Source of the DNA: Ignavibacteriota bacterium | GTDB lineage: Bacteria; Bacteroidota; Ignavibacteria; UBA10030 | Assembly (NCBI GenBank): GCA_963727825.1 | Contig: CAVSHO010000011.1 | Span: 256,001-320,000 of the forward strand | Length of the DNA stretch: 64,000 nt | Reading direction: 5' to 3' | Shown: in pieces, positions 63,201-64,000 of the stretch | Layout: every line of letters starts with the position of its first letter | How positions within the stretch are numbered: position 1 is the first letter of the stretch | The notes under the pieces: model-generated | Seen by the model: the letters and a program-made list of their open reading frames with translations, nothing else | What the model was told of the DNA's origin: nothing | Database searches by the model: none | Program-made: the position numbers and the translations under genes

Positions 63201-64000
63201 AATTCGTGGGAAGTGACACGTTGCCGGCTTCTACACTCTGCACAAGTTCGTCTTCATAACCTTGATACTTAACATGGAGTTGATTTTCGTACTCGAACGT
63301 GCGCTGAGTATTCCAATCGGCATCAACCTTCAACTTATCGCCAATTTCGCCCTTAACATTCACTTGAATTTCTTGTGAAAAATCAGGTGTACTTTGGCTC
63401 TGCCCTAATGCGCTTGATGTATATAGGTCAGATTTAACATTACGAAATGCAGCATGAATATCAATTGCACCATTGATAGTCATCGATATTTTGCTTGGGC
63501 CGAATATGCTGAACATTGGTATTTTTGGAACCGGAACCTCAATCTTTGTGAACTTGCTAAACACATCGCCCAATGAGGTTTTTGTTTCACCTTGAACCAG
63601 ATAGAATTGAGTTATCGTTTCCCAATTTTGCCGCACGGCTTGCTTCAACCGAAGCGAGGAATATTCTTCTATTGGTACTTCGGTTGATAAGTGCGTATCC
63701 TTGTCATTCACAGTTTCACGCAGGCGGTACACCCATCTAGTGGAATCTAAAATCGCCTGATGCTTGACTATGAGCGGATCAGAAAGAAAAAGTGGATGAT
63801 TTTTGTGATATATACCGTCTTCAGCCGGCTTATCTTTGCGGACATATTGAAATTGTGCAAGTCGTGCAGAAGAATCCCGCGGGAGTGCACGGATTGCTGC
63901 TAATGTAATGCGAGAAGTATCGTAAAAGACAGTACTAGCCGTATTGATTGATGTGCGTCGCTGTGCAGCTTTGGCGTGTCGAGAGAGTTTGCCTGTTGAA
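57247..64000 (-). CDS. sprA: T9SS translocon SprA/Sov (5' end beyond the window)
   Basis: VEAGNVSLP..LFG, EKVRLGEEPI, AYIDDFEG, DTEDLNRNG, ELWVDELRL; frame stays open from 63732 to 64000. Confidence 0.93.
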   Translation of the reverse strand, partial: STGKLSRHAKAAQRRTSINTASTVFYDTSRITLAAIRALPRDSSARLAQFQYVRKDKPAEDGIYHKNHPLFLSDPLIVKHQAILDSTRWVYRLRETVNDKDTHLSTEVPIEEYSSLRLKQAVRQNWETITQFYLVQGETKTSLGDVFSKFTKIEVPVPKIPMFSIFGPSKISMTINGAIDIHAAFRNVKSDLYTSSALGQSQSTPDFSQEIQVNVKGEIGDKLKVDADWNTQRTFEYENQLHVKYQGYEDELVQSVEAGNVSLPTNSSFISGGSALFGIMAKFQIGPLRLTTVTTQKKGQIKQLSVSGGGQSNAVVLRPSDYSKCHFFIDTSYIKFYENVYQVPTLINSDMQNNRIVQIEVWVSTKTEMDPAKFRNVLALMDQAKVDSAIKDSTLRIPGTWTPTPGQVEEGKFIKLDQSAYSYDQYAGIISLQSQPQDDQVVAVCYSINNGGNIKTIGQSSQTQKSSLNLILKLVRPSQLSSTVQPAWSMMVKNRYFLGGTNIDKTNFQFNVEYDLPGQTPATSVTTSNVGVMEMLGLDRFSADNSANPDKVFDYIPGVTINEARGEIIFPTVEPFDSSSMVKYFIKHGGDAAQNAQKYAGQYAYGAIYIQDLSIAVNDPRNLYYMRGTVKTAQSASYSIGYNVVEGSVQVIVDGQSATPGVDYTVDYISGQVVIRNQAYLSPGRNIQIKYEANDMFQLASKSLLGARAEVNLNKNTLLGFTIMNYSQQSLSEKVRLGEEPISNTIMGIDGGTTLDARWLTNALDYLPGAKTTALSQITLHGEAAYMMPNPNTRTSPISSDGGKSVAYIDDFEGAKQIIPLGNTYSAWKDASAPWFINNLDTYIPQYDSINGPGYIPTSQDLYSSGIMPDTSKMEYKAQACWFNVIPTDIITSTIWDKNRKTDIQGQDQVTSLDFYFHPERRGEFNYSMNLQNTIGLDNPDPNSHKKSWAGIQHILGTSSTNLVDQNVAFIEFWINIVSDKLDNDSAKLNIDIGYISEDVIPNHTLNTEDGLDNPAHIPTGVLNPSYDWGLDTINDAMERVYYSKFLDHYKTTHPEYNNDPSGDDFSHLPIGNGSPLDTSMAEQYEGVDGTEGNSVSDAGHLPDTEDLNRNGKVDLLNSYFEYEVPLDTADSRFQNLIIGTGTGTDHNKWHQIRIPLAGYNRKIGEPTFTNVEGVRIWVTGAGKPLLFRLVDLNLVGNQWQKRVLTDSSFEVSVVNEEDDPLYTMPDPNLRTQDPTQVTQTVLSNEQSLDIIVPNLQDGQYREVVKYMTTNPISMIHYGTLKMFVHGEEGNDPTKNYKRFKYTDTTNYDAEMFLHFGDDTSNYYEYREPVHPGWTGNDVVIKFSDLTALKVLIDSTNISPRKAVPGGWPGATYQIRGNPRLDRVQFISIGIKNPENKGAPVISGELWVDELRLTDVDNTHGWAYKVDANIKLADIGNIAFSFSKRDPFFHGLEDQFGTLNTNRTWSLSTSFAIDKFLPETWNGSVFSLSYSHAESIDQPLYLPGTDILVEKAAQYANADSVRSQSETMSITDSYSVPMLKFNIPIKTWLVSETINKMSFGYNYTKSFQRNPSTEYANAWGWNANLKYGTQFNPNNYLSLGTLKFFFTPQILNFGATLSRSQSWSKDRSQETGNDTVRNLSAQRSMDFTWQFFKGGLFDLGVNYNVNIGSTLVRFETDRYGNQRSFSDILNDIFFSDRLINFGIDQNYGQAITLNTKVTAPEALMLDKIFTPNLHYSVNYNWTNNLQAGPIGRSAGWSNAPSLSLDVNLKPITDAIWSPTQVQAPAPTNVDTSKKGSPFNLLKQFDRISRIVFKNTIFDFEKFSFSFTQSNTAQNSGVLGGSGFANIFARAPFFQSSLDENGPKFLYQFGLISDPNGELVLKTKGTFPFFYGYTDTIPGIRAANANITDAFSQNNQIAIHTSRPLWTGATIQLDWKVGWTYSENRTSTTDSLGHIIPSSISNTVSGDLDRSYISLPFLKTNLDNVNNIFNGMKQDVNDTRDDASKLSQAFEQGMETLPWLSKILGSLAPRANWSIHWDGLENISFLKSFVSRISLDNAYTSDFKQRWQMTPTTDPITGMTSMTEATTSETVTYGFSPLIGINITFKDIIKGNLSTTFRYGTTTSYDLVPSSQNATETSTSDISATATYSRQGFELPFFGISLMNNIDITINYGYSHNTSVLFDFNNFQKDGLPMGGLGRTTIEPRIRYTLSERVTASVYYRYTRLAPDAGGSTTPGSTTNEGGLDVHVLIQ

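Overview
Bacterial chromosomal segment. The gene content (SprA/PorX type IX secretion genes, a T9SS-CTD cargo protein) suggests an Ignavibacteria/Bacteroidota-type organism (inference). Most of the window is housekeeping: nuoA-F, mltG, tsaD/B/E, rpmB, pgsA-pgpA-cinA-thpR-recA-recX, pntAB, ychF, rubrerythrin, mutT-ogg, yajQ, amidase, mntH, asd-lysC-dapB-dapA, panC, accD, porX and sprA. Many genes carry isolated indels that look like assembly errors. The accessory part is 16.55-24.35 kb. There, a ~1500-aa SF1 helicase/Vsr-like nuclease gene and an orphan HEPN-motif gene are each bounded by degenerate attC-like sites, consistent with a decayed integron cassette array carrying a candidate anti-phage pair. 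Next to them are two ORF6N remnants with internal palindromes, a RAYT transposase flanked by 84-bp direct repeats that overlap a promoter-hairpins-terminator unit, and a 21-bp tandem array. Intergenic regions hold several REP-like palindrome families, a second (inactivated) RAYT, a small hairpin nested inside other repeats, and a duplicated nuoD 5' end beside a REP doublet. No rRNA, tRNA, CRISPR array or integrase was recognised.
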